Source: an uncultured Acidobacteriota bacterium
GTDB taxonomy: Bacteria > Acidobacteriota > Vicinamibacteria > Fen-336
DNA: 64,000 bases
Direction of reading: 5' to 3'
Assembly (NCBI GenBank): GCA_963740655.1
Contig: CAVUFF010000001.1
Span: 23,442 to 87,441 of the forward strand
Below are positions 40,396 to 54,405 of this stretch, piece after piece. The position numbers and the translations under genes are program-made. Each line of letters opens with the position of its first letter. Within the stretch, counting starts at the first letter, position 1. A model generated the notes under the pieces. It saw only the letters and a list, made by a program, of their open reading frames with translations, did not search any database and had not been told where the DNA came from.

Positions 40396-40779
40396 TCAAT
40401 TGAGCGCCGTCGGCACCGCCAGCGAGAACGGCGCGATCTGGGCGTCGAAAGCGCTGCCGCCCGAGGTGACCATCTGATAGGTGCCCTGCATCGAGCCGAT
40501 CTTCGTCGGCAGCGGGCAGAAGCTCGAGTACTCGAAGCTCTCCCCCGGCTCGAGCACGGGCTGCTCGCCGACGACGCCCGGGCCCTGCACCTCCTCGACG
40601 TGGCCGTCGCCGTCGGTGATCACCCAGTGCCGGCTCACGAGCTGCACGGTCTCCTCGCCGATGTTCGAGATGCGGATCCGGTAGGCGAAGAAGTAGTGCG
40701 AGTCGCGCGGCGAGCTGCGCTCGGGCAGGTAGCTGCTCCGCACCTGCACCCGGACTCCGCGGGTCGTGGCGTCGGACAT
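40396..40779 (-). CDS. apaG: ApaG protein
   Basis: QLVSRHWVITD, GPGVVGEQP and GSMQGTY. Confidence 0.95.
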   Translation of the reverse strand: MSDATTRGVRVQVRSSYLPERSSPRDSHYFFAYRIRISNIGEETVQLVSRHWVITDGDGHVEEVQGPGVVGEQPVLEPGESFEYSSFCPLPTKIGSMQGTYQMVTSGGSAFDAQIAPFSLAVPTALN

Positions 40780-40786
40780 TCCTATT

Positions 40787-40866
40787 CAGGGGGGCGCTGC
40801 GCCGCGCCCGCCTGCCCCCCCGCTCCGCTCGCCGGATTCGATCCGGCTCGCTTCGCAGCCCGTTGC
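40787..40866. repeat. Diverged copy C of the structured dispersed repeat
   Basis: Same layout (G6 hairpin, C-run, GCTC, second hairpin GCCGGA/TCCGGC) and shared end CGCAGCCCGTTGC. Confidence 0.65.
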
Positions 40867-40867
40867 A

Positions 40868-41377
40868 TCAGGCTCCCGCCCCAGCCCGCTCGGCGCTCGG
40901 CGACGGAACGGCCACGGTCGCCTGCGGCCGCACGAAGGCGATGGCGAGGGCCGCGGCGAGCATCAACAGGTTGCGGACGATCAGGAACCAGCCGACCCCC
41001 TTCGTCCAGGCCGGCGGCCAGGCCGAGTCGGCGGATTCCTTCGCGACCGAGACGCAGCCGCAGTTCACGACGTCGATCCCGCGCGCGAGCACCGACGTCG
41101 CGGCGCCCAGGAAGACCAGGAGCAGCAGCGCGACGACGAGCGCCGCCTCGCGCCGCCAGACGCCCGCGACGAGCAGCAGGCCGGCCACGAGCTCGACCCA
41201 GGGCAGCGTGACCGCGACCAGGTTCGCGGGCACGGGCCCCGCCACCTGCCACTGGTAGACGATCTTCGCGAAGCCCGCCGGGCTCGCGATCTTGTCGAGG
41301 CTGGCGTAGACGAAGAACGCCCCGAGCAGCAGCCGCAGCACGAGCTGGACGCGCGGGCTCGCGACGAGCGCCGTCAC
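40868..41377 (-). CDS. MauE/DoxX-family membrane protein
   Basis: LPWVELVAG and GIDVVNCGC; TM helices. Confidence 0.85.
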   Translation of the reverse strand: MTALVASPRVQLVLRLLLGAFFVYASLDKIASPAGFAKIVYQWQVAGPVPANLVAVTLPWVELVAGLLLVAGVWRREAALVVALLLLVFLGAATSVLARGIDVVNCGCVSVAKESADSAWPPAWTKGVGWFLIVRNLLMLAAALAIAFVRPQATVAVPSPSAERAGAGA

Positions 41378-41829
41378 TGCTTCTTCTCCGTGTCGAGCGG
41401 CAGCCGCGCGTCTTCCCACGCCGGCAGCCCCTCGTCGAGGACGAGCGCGGCTATGCCCTTCTCGCGCAGCTTGCGGGCCACGACGTGGCTCGCGTCGCAG
41501 CCGTAGCCGCTGCAGTAGACGACGATCGGCCTCGCGCGGCGCAGGCGGCCCTCGACCTCGCCGAAGGCTTTGTCGAACTCCTCCTCGGGCAGGGGAAGCG
41601 AGCCCGGGATGCGGGAGAGGCGCCAGAAGTCGCGCGGTCGCGCGTCGAGGAAGAGCGCTCCCTTGTCGAGCAGCGCCTTGGCGTCGGGCGCCTTCACCAG
41701 GTCGTCGCCGGCCTGCGTCAGCACGCTCTGACCGAGCACGATGCCGCGGCCGGAGAGCGCGTTCCACGCGAAGCCGAGCAAGGTGCCGCCAGCCAGTATC
41801 ACGATGAATCGCTTCCAGTCCACGGGCAT
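41374..41829 (-). CDS. Rhodanese-like domain protein
   Basis: FLDAR, IPGS, VVYCSG and GLPAW. Confidence 0.85.
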   Translation of the reverse strand: MPVDWKRFIVILAGGTLLGFAWNALSGRGIVLGQSVLTQAGDDLVKAPDAKALLDKGALFLDARPRDFWRLSRIPGSLPLPEEEFDKAFGEVEGRLRRARPIVVYCSGYGCDASHVVARKLREKGIAALVLDEGLPAWEDARLPLDTEKKQ

Positions 41830-41927
41830 ATCGAAAAAAGGTAGCACGCGTGCTCCCGCTGCATCAAGAAATGCCGGGAGCGGTGTGTTACTTTAGCCCG
41901 GTTTTGCCATTCGACCGCATCCTTCCC

Positions 41928-42683
41928 ATGGCCCTCTTCTCCACCGAGGCCCTGGTGCTCCGGGGCCACAAGCTGGGCGAGACGAGCCGGATCGTCGTGC
42001 TGCTCACGCGCGAGCGTGGCAAGCTGCGCGCCGTCGCGCGCGGGGCACGCGGCGGCCGCCCGCGCTACCGCTCCGCGCTCGAGCCGCTGTCCGAGGTGCG
42101 CGTGTCGCTCTACGGCCGCCAGGGCGCCGAGCTGCTGCGGCTCGGGGAGGCGGAGCTCCTGCACTCGGCGTTCCGCGCCAGCGAGCGCAGCCTCGAAGCC
42201 GCGCTCTTCCTCTCGAGCTGCGCGGAGCTCGTCGACGCCTTCAGCCCGGAGGGCGAGGCGGAGGACAAGGTCTATCGCCTCGCGCTCGCCGTGGTGCGCG
42301 CGACCGAGGCCGGTGCGAACCCGGCGCTGCTCGGGCGTTACCTCGAAGCGTGGCTGCTCAAGCTGCACGGCCTCTACCCGCCCCTCGACCGCTGCGCGAG
42401 CTGCTCCAAATGGCTCGCGGCCGGCGCTCTCCACTACCACCGCGCCGCGCAGGGCTTCGTGTGCGCCGAGTGCGGGCCGGGCTCGGGTCCCGACCTCTCG
42501 GTCGAGGCGCGCACGCTGCTCGGGCTCGTCTTCTCGAAGCCGCCCGACGCGCTCGCGGGCGACGGCGGCCCTTGCGTGCAGCCGCTCGAGGCGTTCCACC
42601 GCGATCTCGTCTCCGCCCATCTCGAACGGGACCTGCGCGCGCCGCGCGTGATCCGCGAGGTGGGGCGGGGAGGCGCTCCGTGA
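41928..42683 (+). CDS. recO: DNA repair protein RecO
   Basis: [22 protein letters not shown] and a CxxC...CxxC zinc finger. Confidence 0.92.
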   Translation: MALFSTEALVLRGHKLGETSRIVVLLTRERGKLRAVARGARGGRPRYRSALEPLSEVRVSLYGRQGAELLRLGEAELLHSAFRASERSLEAALFLSSCAELVDAFSPEGEAEDKVYRLALAVVRATEAGANPALLGRYLEAWLLKLHGLYPPLDRCASCSKWLAAGALHYHRAAQGFVCAECGPGSGPDLSVEARTLLGLVFSKPPDALAGDGGPCVQPLEAFHRDLVSAHLERDLRAPRVIREVGRGGAP

Positions 42684-43567
42684 CGCTCCAGGAGCTCGTC
42701 TTCCTGCTCGAGCGCTTCTGGTCCGAGCGCGGCTGCCTGATCCACCAGCCGTGGGACGCCGAGGTGGGAGCGGGCACGATGCACCCGGAGACGTTCTTCC
42801 GTGTGCTGGGGCCGAAGCCCTGGCGGGTGGGATACGTCCAGCCGTCGCGGCGGCCCGGCGACGGACGCTACGGCGAGAACCCGAACCGCCTCTACAAGCA
42901 CGAGCAGTTCCAGGTGATCCTGAAGCCGCCGCCGGACGACATCCAGGACCTCTACCTCGCGTCGCTCACGGCGATCGGCATCGACCCCTCGCAGCACGAC
43001 GTGCGCTTCGAGGAGGACAACTGGGAGTCGCCGACGCTCGGGGCCTGGGGCATCGGCTGGCAGGTGCTGCTCGACGGGCAGGAGATCACGCAGTTCACCT
43101 ACTTCCAGCAGGCGGGCGGCATCGACCTCGCGCCGATCTCGGGCGAGATCACCTACGGCCTCGAGCGGATCGCGATGTACCTGCAGCAGAAGGACGACGT
43201 CTACGACCTCGCCTGGTGCGCGGGCACGAGCTACGGCGACGTGCGGCACGAGGAGGAGTTCCAGCTGTCGCGCTACTCGTTCGAGCTCGCCGACGTGGAG
43301 CTCCACCGGCGCCTCTTCGAGAGCGCTCTCGCCGAGGGCACGCGCCTGCTGGGGATCGAGGGTGGCCGAGCCTACCTGCCGGCCTACGACTGGACGCTCA
43401 AGAGCTCGCACGCGTTCAACGTGCTCGACGCGCGCGGGGCGATCTCCGTGAGCGAGCGCGCCGGGATGATCCTGCGGATCCGCAAGCTCGCGTGCGCGGT
43501 GGCGAAGGCCTACGTCGACGCCGTCACGGCGGTGCCGGCCGCGGCTGCCGAGGCCGAGCGTGCCTGA
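42680..43567 (+). CDS. glyQ: Glycine-tRNA ligase alpha subunit
   Basis: [29 protein letters not shown] and EITYGLER. Confidence 0.97.
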   Translation: MTLQELVFLLERFWSERGCLIHQPWDAEVGAGTMHPETFFRVLGPKPWRVGYVQPSRRPGDGRYGENPNRLYKHEQFQVILKPPPDDIQDLYLASLTAIGIDPSQHDVRFEEDNWESPTLGAWGIGWQVLLDGQEITQFTYFQQAGGIDLAPISGEITYGLERIAMYLQQKDDVYDLAWCAGTSYGDVRHEEEFQLSRYSFELADVELHRRLFESALAEGTRLLGIEGGRAYLPAYDWTLKSSHAFNVLDARGAISVSERAGMILRIRKLACAVAKAYVDAVTAVPAAAAEAERA

Positions 43568-45732
43568 GCTCCTGGTCGAGATCGGCTTCGAGGAGATGCC
43601 GGCGCCTTGGCTGCCCGGCCTCGCGGAGCAGCTGCGCGCGCGGTTCGTGGACGCAGCCGCACGCGAGTTCCTGGAGGCGAAGGACGCGGCCGTGGCCTGG
43701 ACGCCGCGGCGGCTGGTGCTGCGCGCCGAGCTGCCCGCGCGCCAGTCCGATCGCGAGGAGCCGGTCTGGGGCCCGGCGCTGAAGGTCGCGAAAGACGCCT
43801 CGGGCGCCTGGACCGCGGCGGCGCAGGGCTTCGCGAAGAAGAATGGCGTCGCCGTCGAAGCGCTCGTCCAGAAGCCGAAGGACGCATCGAAGCCCGGCGA
43901 GCTCAACCTGCTCTTCGTCAAGAAGGTCGCGGGCCGCGCCACGAGCGAGCTCGTGGCGGGCCTGCTGGCCGGCCTGCTGAGAGCGCTCGCGTTCCCGAAG
44001 CGCATGAGCTGGGATGCCTGGCTCGAGGACGGCCGCGGGGCGTTCCCGTTCGGGCGGCCGATCCGCTGGCTGGTCGTGACCTTCGACAGGAGGGTGGTGC
44101 CGTTCGCGATCCATGCCCTCGAAGCGGGGGCCAAGGGCCGCATGATCGTGGAGAGCGGCACTGCCACGCGCGGCCACCGCTTCCTGCCGAAGGGCCGAGG
44201 CCATGAGCGCACGGCCGTGGCCATCTACGCCGAGCTGCGCGAGACGCTGCGCGAGCGTTTCGTCCTGGTCGAGCCCGAGGCCCGCACCGCCCGCATCGAC
44301 GAGGGGCTGATGGCGGCCGCCGTGGGCCGGACCTTCGACGACCATGGCCTGCGCCTCGAGTGGCGCGACCTCGTCGAGTACCCGACGGTGCTGGTGGGGG
44401 AGGTCCCTGAGGAGTTCCGCGGCCTGCCGTCCGAGGTGCTCGAGACGGTGCTGGTGCACCACCAGAAGTACATCGCGCTCAACGCGGGCGGACGGATCGA
44501 TCGCTTCGCCGCCGTGACGAACGGCGACGGCGCAGCCGGGGCGCAGATCGTCCGCGGCATGGAACGGGTGGTGGTGGCGCGGCTGCGCGACGCGTCGTTC
44601 TTCCTGGCCGAAGACAAGAAGCGCCCGCTCGAGGAACGCGTCGCCGACCTCGCCGGCGTCACGTTCCACCAGGGCCTCGGGACGTACGAGGACAAGTCCG
44701 ACGCGCATGGTCGCGCTCGTCGAGGCGATGGGACGCCGCGCGTTGCTGGCAGGGGAGACGCTTACCCAGGCGAAGGACGCCGCGCGGCTCGCGAAGGCCG
44801 ACCTCGTCACGCTCATGGTCCGCGAGTTCCCGGAGCTGCAGGGCGTGATGGGCGGTATCTACCTCGAGGCCAACGGCGCGCCGCGCGACGTGGCGACGGC
44901 TGTGCGCTACCACTACCATCCGATCGCGGTCGAGCCGGACGCGGAGCCGGCCGGGGCCTTCGTCGGAAAGGAAGCCGCGGCGCGCGTCTTCGCGGCGGTG
45001 GCACTCGCCGACAAGCTCGACACGCTCTGTGGCTACTTCGGCCTGGGCGAAAGCCCGACCGGGAGCCGCGACCCCTACGGCCTGCGCCGCGCCGGGCAGG
45101 GCGCCGTGCGCGCGGTGCTCGACTTCTGGCGTCCGAAGGCGGGGGAGAAGGCCCCGGACCTCGAGGCGCTGGTGGCGGATGCGTCCGGGGGCTACAGCGG
45201 GCTCAAGCAGCCGCCCGAGGCCGTCGCGAAGAACGTCTCGGCCTTCCTGCTCGATCGCCTCGCGTACGTGCTCACGGCGCGCGGCTATGCGGCCGACGAG
45301 GTCGCCGCCGTGGTCGAGGCGCCGGGCGCGCTCGCCGATCCAACCGACGCGCAGCGCCGTGCCGAGGCGCTGCAACACGCCCGCCGCGAGCGGCCCGACG
45401 ACTTCGCGGCGCTGGCCGAGGCCTTCAAGCGCGCCAAGAACATCGTCGCGCATGCGGCGCCCGGCGCGGCGGTGGACCCGAAGCTGTTCGAGGCCGACGC
45501 CGAGCGCGGGCTCTTCGAGGCGATCGCGCGTCTCGGCCAGGACGGCGGGGCCTACGAGGATCGCCTGCGCGCCCTGGCGGAGCTGCGCGCGCCGATCGCC
45601 CGCTTCTTCGAGGACGTTCTCGTGATGGCCGAGGATCCGCGCGTGCGCGCGAACCGCATGGCACTTCTGCAGAAAACCCTCTCGCACTTCTACCGCATCG
45701 CGGACATTTCCAGGCTCGGAGGAACATCGTGA
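43560..45732 (+). CDS. glyS: Glycine-tRNA ligase beta subunit (frameshift near 44700)
   Basis: [16 protein letters not shown] and ARLRDA, then [14 protein letters not shown] and [10 protein letters not shown] in the next frame. Confidence 0.93.
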
Positions 45733-48571
45733 CCCAGTACGTCTACTTCTTCGGCGGCGGCAAGGCCGACGGCAACAAGGACATGAAGGACACGCTCGGC
45801 GGCAAGGGCGCGGGCCTCGCCGAGATGACGAACGCCGGCGTGCCGGTGCCGCCCGGCTTCACGATCTCCACCCAGGCCTGCAACGCCTACTACGCGAGCG
45901 GCGGCAAGCTGCCCGCCGAGGTCGACCAGCAGATGGACGCAGGCGCTCGACCAAGCTCGAGGCGCTCCAGGGCAAGAAGCTGGGCGATCCCGCAGATCCG
46001 CTGCTGGTGTCGGTCCGCAGCGGCTCGAAGTTCTCGATGCCCGGGATGATGGACACGATCCTGAACCTCGGCATGAACGACCGCTCGGTGGAGGGCCTGA
46101 AGGCGAAGACGGGCAATCCGCCGCTTTGCGAAGGACAGCTACCGCCGCTTCATCCAGATGTACGGCAACGTCGTGCTCGACATCGACAAGGACAAGTTCG
46201 AGCACGAGCTCGCCGCCGCCAAGAAGAAGTACAAGGCGAAGACGGACGTCGAGCTCGACGAGAAGGCGCTCGACGAGGTGATCGCGCGCTACAAGGCGGT
46301 CGTGCTGCGCGAGACGAAGGCGCCCTTCCCGCAGGGCCCGCGCGAGCAGCTGGTGGGCGCGCGCGACGCCGTCTTCAAGTCGTGGATGAACCCGCGCGCC
46401 ATCACCTACCGCAAGCTGAACGACATCCCGCACGACCTCGGCACCGCGGTCAACGTACAGGCGATGGTGTTCGGCAACATGGGCGACACCTCGGCGACGG
46501 GCGTCGGCTTCACCCGCAACCCCTCGACGGGGGCGAAGGAGTTCTACGGCGAGTTCCTGCAGAACGCGCAGGGCGAGGACGTGGTAGCGGGCATCCGTAC
46601 GCCGCACCCGATCACCGATCTCGAGAAGGTGATGCCGAAGGCCTACCGCCAGCTGCGCGAGATCACGACCCGGCTCGAGCGCCACTACAAGGACGTGCAG
46701 GACTTCGAGTTCACGATCCAGGACAACGCGCTCTACATGCTCCAGACCCGGAACGGCAAGCGCACGGGGCTCGCCGCGATCAACATCGCGGTGGACATGT
46801 GCGAAGAGGGTCTGATCACGAAGCAGGAGGCGCTGCTCAAGGTCGAGCCGCAGGCGCTCGACCAGCTGCTGCACCCGATCTTCGACCCGAAGGCGAGGAA
46901 GGGCGTCGAGGTCGCCGCCAAGGGCCTGCCGGCCTCGCCGGGAGCGGCGACCGGGGCGATCGTGTTCACCGCCGACGAGGCGGTGGCCTGGACGCAGAAG
47001 GGCAAGCGCGTGCTGCTGGTACGCATGGAGACGGTGCCCGACGACATCCACGGCATGTCGGTCGCGCAGGGCGTACTGACGGCGACCGGCGGCATGACGT
47101 CGCACGCGGCCGTCGTGGGCCGCCAGATGGGCAAGCCCTCGGTCGTGGGCTGCGGGCGCTTTGGACATCAACGCCAAGGCCCGGACGCTCAAGGTCGGCG
47201 GCAAGACGCTCAAGGAAGGCGATCCGGTCTCGATCGACGGCTCGACCGGCGAGGTGCTGCTGACGGCGCTGCCGACCAGCGCCTCCGAAGTGATCCAGGT
47301 GGTCGAGGGGCGGCTCAAGGCCGAGAAGTCGCCCATCTACCAGAAGTTCGAGAAGCTCCTGGGCTGGGCCGACGAGGTGCGCCGGCTCGGGATCCGCGCC
47401 AACGCCGACGTGCCGAAGGACGCCAAGGTGGCGTTCGGCTTCGGGGCTCGCGGCATCGGCCTGTGCCGTACAGAGCACATGTTCTTCGCCGAAGAGCGGC
47501 TGCCGCACGTCGTGAAGATGATCCTGGCGGCCGCGCGCGGCCAGCGGGGGATCGACCTCAAGGCGCGGCTCAAGGAGCGGCTCAAGGAGGCGAAGGGCAG
47601 CCAGGCGGCCGAGATCAAGAAGGAGCTCGCCAAGGTCGAGAAGGAGTACGGCCGCTACGTCAAGGACTACACGACGGCGCTGCAAAGCTGAAGCCGATGC
47701 AGAAGCGCCGACTTCACCGGTCTCTTCAAGGAGATGCACGGCTCGCCGGTCACGATCCGCACGCTCGACCCGCCGCTGCACGAGTTCCTGCCGAAGCGCG
47801 AAGAGCTGATGGTCGAGGTGGCCATCGCTCAAGGCGAAGGGCGGCTCGAAGCACAAGCGGACGATCGAGCAGAAGGAGAAGCTGCTGCGGGCCGTCGAGG
47901 AGCTGCACGAGTTCAACCCGATGCTCGGGCACCGTGGCTGCCGGCTCGGCATCACCTACCCCGAGATCACGAAGATGCAGGCGCGCGCGATCTTCGAGGC
48001 GGCGCTCGCGGTCTCGAAGCAGGGCATCCCCGTGAAGCCCGAGGTGATGATCCCGCTCGTCGGCCACGTCGAGGAGCTGAAGCGCCAGAAGGCGATCGTG
48101 CTCGAGGCCGCCCACGAGGTGCTCGGAAAGGACGGCTCGGGCGTCGAGTACCTGATCGGCACGATGATCGAGGTGCCGCGCGGCGCCGTGACCGCGGACG
48201 AGATCGCGAAGGAGGCCGAGTTCTTCTCGTTCGGCACCAACGACCTCACGCAGATGGGCTTCGGCCTGTCGCGAGACGACGCCTCGAAGTTCCTGCTCTA
48301 CTACCAGGAGCACGGGCTTCTCGAGAAGGACCCCTTCGTGACGATCGACGCCGCGGGCGTCGGGCTGCTCGTCAAGACCGGCGTCGAGAAGGGCCGCAGC
48401 GTCAAGAAGAACCTGAAGATCGGCGTCTGCGGCGAGCACGGCGGCGACCCCGCGTCGATCCGGTTCTTCCACGCGGTCGGCCTCGACTACGTCTCGTGCT
48501 CGCCCTACCGCGTGCCGATCGCCCGGCTTGCGGCGGCTCAGGCGGCGCTCGAGCAGAAGGCCAGCGATTGA
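45729..48571 (+). CDS. ppdK: Pyruvate phosphate dikinase (several frameshifts)
   Basis: [46 protein letters not shown] and GVCGEHGG. Confidence 0.95.
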
Positions 48572-48596
48572 CCTCCCTAGTTTGACCAACTAGACT
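48568..48596 (+). promoter_or_regulatory. TA promoter with operator palindrome
   Basis: TTGACC-17 bp-TAGACT; inverted repeat CTAGTT/AACTAG at 48577-48593. Confidence 0.7.
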
Positions 48597-48603
48597 AGAC
48601 CCC

Positions 48604-48840
48604 GTGAAGAAGGTCAACATCTACGAGGCCAAGACGCGACTCTCCCAGCTCGTCGACGAGGCCGCGTCGGGGCAGGACGTGGTGATCGCACGGGCCGGGC
48701 GGCCGGTCGCGCGGCTCACGCGTCTCGGTGCAGCGGGCGGCAAGCGGCGCCTGGGAGTCCTCGACGGCCGCTTCCGGATCCCGAAGGACTTCAATCGACC
48801 CCTGCCGCGCGGCGTCCTGCGAGGTTTCGAGGGCGACTGA
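48604..48840 (+). CDS. Phd/YefM-family antitoxin
   Basis: NIYEAKTRLSQLVDEA...VVIARAGRPVARL. Confidence 0.92.
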   Translation: MKKVNIYEAKTRLSQLVDEAASGQDVVIARAGRPVARLTRLGAAGGKRRLGVLDGRFRIPKDFNRPLPRGVLRGFEGD

Positions 48841-49226
48841 TGCGCCTGCTCGTGGACACCCAGCTGCTGCTGTGGGCGACTGCCAGCAGTCGTCGCTTGC
48901 CGCGGGAGGCCCGCGAGCTCCTCCAGGATCCCTCGAACGAGGTCCTGTGGAGCGCGGCGAGCCTGTGGGAGATCGTGATCAAGGCGGCCCTGCACAAGCC
49001 CGACTTGAAGGTGGACGTCGCGGCGCTGCGCCCGGCTTTCGCCGAGATGGGCTTTGCCGAGCTACCGGTGTCGGGCGCTCATGCCGAGCGGCTGGCGAGC
49101 CTTCCGCCGCACCACAAGGACCCGTTCGACCGGATGCTCGTGGCTCAGAGCCTGGCCGAGCCGCTCGTCCTGCTCACGAACGACTCGGCGCTCGCTGCGT
49201 ACGGCGAGGTCGTCCGGGTCGTTTGA
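48840..49226 (+). CDS. vapC: VapC-family PIN toxin
   Basis: LLVDT, SLWEI, HKDPFDR and TND. Confidence 0.92.
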   Translation: MRLLVDTQLLLWATASSRRLPREARELLQDPSNEVLWSAASLWEIVIKAALHKPDLKVDVAALRPAFAEMGFAELPVSGAHAERLASLPPHHKDPFDRMLVAQSLAEPLVLLTNDSALAAYGEVVRVV

Positions 49227-49248
49227 GCCTCGCCGAACGAGTGCCGGC

Positions 49249-51011
<1,763 letters not shown>

Positions 51012-51967
51012 GCGCCGCCCGGCCGCAGTGCGCGGGCGCGTAGGCGTGGAACGCGTCCATCAGCTGGCAGGTGTACGGTCCCGGGCGGCCGTCGCCGACG
51101 AGGTCGTCGTCGACCTGCCGGACGGGCACGATCTCGCGCGTCGTGCTCGTCAGGAAGGCTTCGTCGGCGCCCAGCAGCGCGTCGAGGTGCAGCGGCTTCT
51201 GGTGGCAGGCGGTGCCGAGCGAGGCGGCGAGCTCGAGCACCACCTCGCGCGTGATCCCGGCCAGGATGCCGGCCGAGAGCGGCGGCGTGAGCAGCGCTCC
51301 CTCGAGCACGATGAACACGTTCGTGCTCGCGCCCTCGGCGAGGAGGCCGTCGTGGTTCAGGAGCAGCGGCTCGTCGCCGCCGCGCGCCTGCGCCTCGCGC
51401 ACCGCCAGGATGTTGTTGAGCAGGTTGCTCGACTTGATCGCGGGGTCGAGCGAGCGCGGGTGGTTGCGGCGGACGTCGACCGCGGCCACGCGTACGCCCT
51501 CGCTCGTAGTGCGCTCGGGGATAGGCGGGCAGCGGCTTCTGGATCATCACGAGCGTCGGGCGCTCGATCCGGCTCGAAGTCGTAGCTGCAGTCGCCGACG
51601 CCGCGCGAGACCACGATGCGCACGTAGGACTCGCCCGCCCCGGCCTTCTCGAGCAGCGCCTCGACCTGGCCGAGCAGCTCGAGGTCGGAGCCCGGCACCT
51701 CGAAGCCGAGCCGCCACGCCGAGGCGCGCAGCCTGCGGAAGTGGCGTCCCGGCTCGAAGGGGCTGCCGCCGTAGGTCCGCATCACCTCGTATACGCTGTC
51801 GCCGAACGCGAAGCCGTTGTCGAGCACCGACACGCGCGCTTCCGCGGCGGGTACCACAATTCCGTTCACGGAGGCGAAGTTCATATGGCTGGAGCTCCAG
51901 GCCGATCGGGACGCGAGGAGGCGAGGCTAGCACCCGTCCTCGCGAGGCGTCAACGCGGGGTGGCGTC

Positions 51968-52777
51968 GTGAGCACGCTCCACGCGCTGGTGCTCGGCGTG
52001 CTGCAGGGGCTCGGCGAGTTCCTGCCGATCAGCAGCTCCGGCCACCTGATCGTCGTGCCGTGGCTCGTCGGCTGGGCCGACAGCGGGCTCGCGTTCGACG
52101 TGGCGCTCCACCTCGGGACGCTGGTCGCCGTGGCGCTCGCGTTCTGGCGCGACTGGCTGCGCCTCGCGCGTGGCGGCGCGCGCGGGCTGCTGTCGGGCCG
52201 CCCGCTCGCCGACCCCGACGTGCGGATGCTGCTCTACCTGGCGCTCGCCACCGTCCCCGGCGCGCTCGCCGGGCTGCTGCTGGACAAGTGGGCCGAGACG
52301 GTGTTCCGCGCGCCCGGGCTCGTGGCCCTGATGATGGCGCTGATGGGCGCCGTGCTGTGGGCGGCGGACCGCCGCGCCGGGACGGGGCCGGCCGCGGACG
52401 GGCTGACGGTAAGCCTGCGCGACGCGTTGCTGATCGGGTTCGCGCAGGCGCTCGCGATCGTCCCGGGCACCTCGCGCTCGGGCGCCACCATCAGCGCGGC
52501 GCTCTTCCTCGGGCACCGGCGCGAGGCCGCGGCGCGCTTCAGCTTCCTGCTCGCGCTGCCGATCACCGCCGGCGCCGCGCTCGTGAAGGTGCCGGCGCTC
52601 GTCCGGAGCGGGGCCGACACGACTCCCGTGCTGGTGGGGATGGCGGCGGCGGCGGTGTCGGGTCTTTTCGCCATCCGGCTGCTGCTCGGCTACGTGCGGA
52701 CGCGCACCTACGTGCCGTTCGCGCTCTACCGCTTCGCGTTCGCGACGCTCGTGTGGCTCGTGCTGTTTCTCCGCTGA
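51968..52777 (+). CDS. uppP: Undecaprenyl-diphosphate phosphatase
   Basis: QGLGEFLPISSSGH and PGTSRSGATI. Confidence 0.95.
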   Translation: MSTLHALVLGVLQGLGEFLPISSSGHLIVVPWLVGWADSGLAFDVALHLGTLVAVALAFWRDWLRLARGGARGLLSGRPLADPDVRMLLYLALATVPGALAGLLLDKWAETVFRAPGLVALMMALMGAVLWAADRRAGTGPAADGLTVSLRDALLIGFAQALAIVPGTSRSGATISAALFLGHRREAAARFSFLLALPITAGAALVKVPALVRSGADTTPVLVGMAAAAVSGLFAIRLLLGYVRTRTYVPFALYRFAFATLVWLVLFLR

Positions 52778-52802
52778 CGCGTCCGTCTGCTAGATTCCTG
52801 AG

Positions 52803-54405
52803 GTGATTCCCGTCCTCACCGCCGACGAGATGCGGCGGGCCGACCGCCACGCCATCTCCGAGGCCGGCATCCCGGGGACGACGCTCATGGAGAACGCGGG
52901 CGGCGCGGTCGCGCGCGTCGTGGAGGAGCGTCATCCGGGCGCGAGCCGCATCGTCGTGCTCTGCGGGCGAGGGATGAACGGCGGGGACGGCTTCGTCGTG
53001 ACGCGGCGGCTGTCGCTGCGGGCCGAAGCGCTCCTGCTCGGGCGGCGCGACGACGTGCAGGGCGACGCCCGCCACCACCTCGAAGCGTGCGAGCGGGACG
53101 GCGGCCGCGTCGTCGAGATCCGCGGCGAGGACGCCTGGCCGAAGGCGCTCGCCCGCATCGAGGTCGCCGACCTGATCGTCGACGCGGTGCTCGGCACGGG
53201 GCTGCGTTCCGCGCCGAGCGGGCTCGCGGCGCTCGCGATCGCGGGCATGCGCGCGCGGCGCGAGGCGGGCGTCCCGATCGTCGCCGTGGACCTGCCGTCG
53301 GGCCTGCCTTCGGACTCGGGAGCGCTCGAGTGGCCGGTGGCCGGCGCCAGCTGCACCGTGACCTTCGCGGCCGCCAAGCGCGGCCACGTGCTGCCTCCCG
53401 CCTGCGACGCGGTCGGCGAGCTCGTGGTGGCCGACATCGGCATCCCACCGGCGAGCGTGGCATCGGTCGGACCGACGCTCTTCCTGATCGAGGCGAGGGA
53501 CGCCGCGGCGGCCTTCCCGCGCCGGCCGCGCGGCGCCCACAAGGGCGACTTCGGCCACGTGCTCGTGGTCGCCGGCTCGCTCGGCAAGTCGGGCGCCGCG
53601 GTGCTGGCGGCTTCCGGCGCGCTGCGCTCGGGCGCGGGGCTCGTCACGGTGGCGACGCCCGAGCCCTGTCTCGCGCTCGTAGCCGCCGCCCGCGCCGAGC
53701 TCATGACCGAGCCGCTCGCGGTGACGGGCACGGGCGGGCTGGATCCCGCCGGGCTCGCGCGCCTGCTGGCGCTCGCGCGCGAGCGCGACGCCGTCGTGCT
53801 CGGGCCGGGCCTCGGACAGGACGACGGGACGCGCGAGCTCGTACGCCGCTTCGTGCGCGAGTGCCCGGTGCCGGTGGTGGTCGACGCGGACGGGCTGAAC
53901 GCGCTCGCGCCGCTCGGGGGCGAGGGACGCGCGCTCGTCCGGGGGCGCGCGGCCGCGACGATCCTGACGCCGCACCCGGGGGAGATGGCGCGGCTCGTCG
54001 GGCGCGGCACGCCCGAGGTGCAGCGCGATCGGTCTGGCGCGGGCGCTTGAGCTCGCGCGCGAAACGGGCGCGATCGTGGTGCTGAAGGGCGAGCGGACGC
54101 TGGTGGCCGAGCCGGACGGGCGCGCGGCGGTCTCGCCGACCGGCAATCCCGGGATGGCGACCGGCGGCACGGGCGACGTGCTGGCCGGCGTGGCGGGCTC
54201 GCTGCTGGCCCGTCACGGGGCGCTGCTCGCTGCGACCGCGGCGCCCTACGTGCACGGCCGCGCGGGCGACCTCGCGGCGCTTCGCCGTGGCGAGGACGGC
54301 CTCACGGCCGGCGACGTGGTCGAGGCGCTTCCCGAGGCCATCGAGGACGTCCGGGCCGCGGCCGGCCGCGCGGACCGGGGGGGTGCGGCATCCGCGAGCT
54401 CGTGA
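52803..54405 (+). CDS. nnr: Bifunctional NAD(P)HX epimerase/dehydratase (frameshift near 54040)
   Basis: LMENAG, GMNGGDG, HKGDFG, LTPHPGE and MATGGTGDVLAG. Confidence 0.92.
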
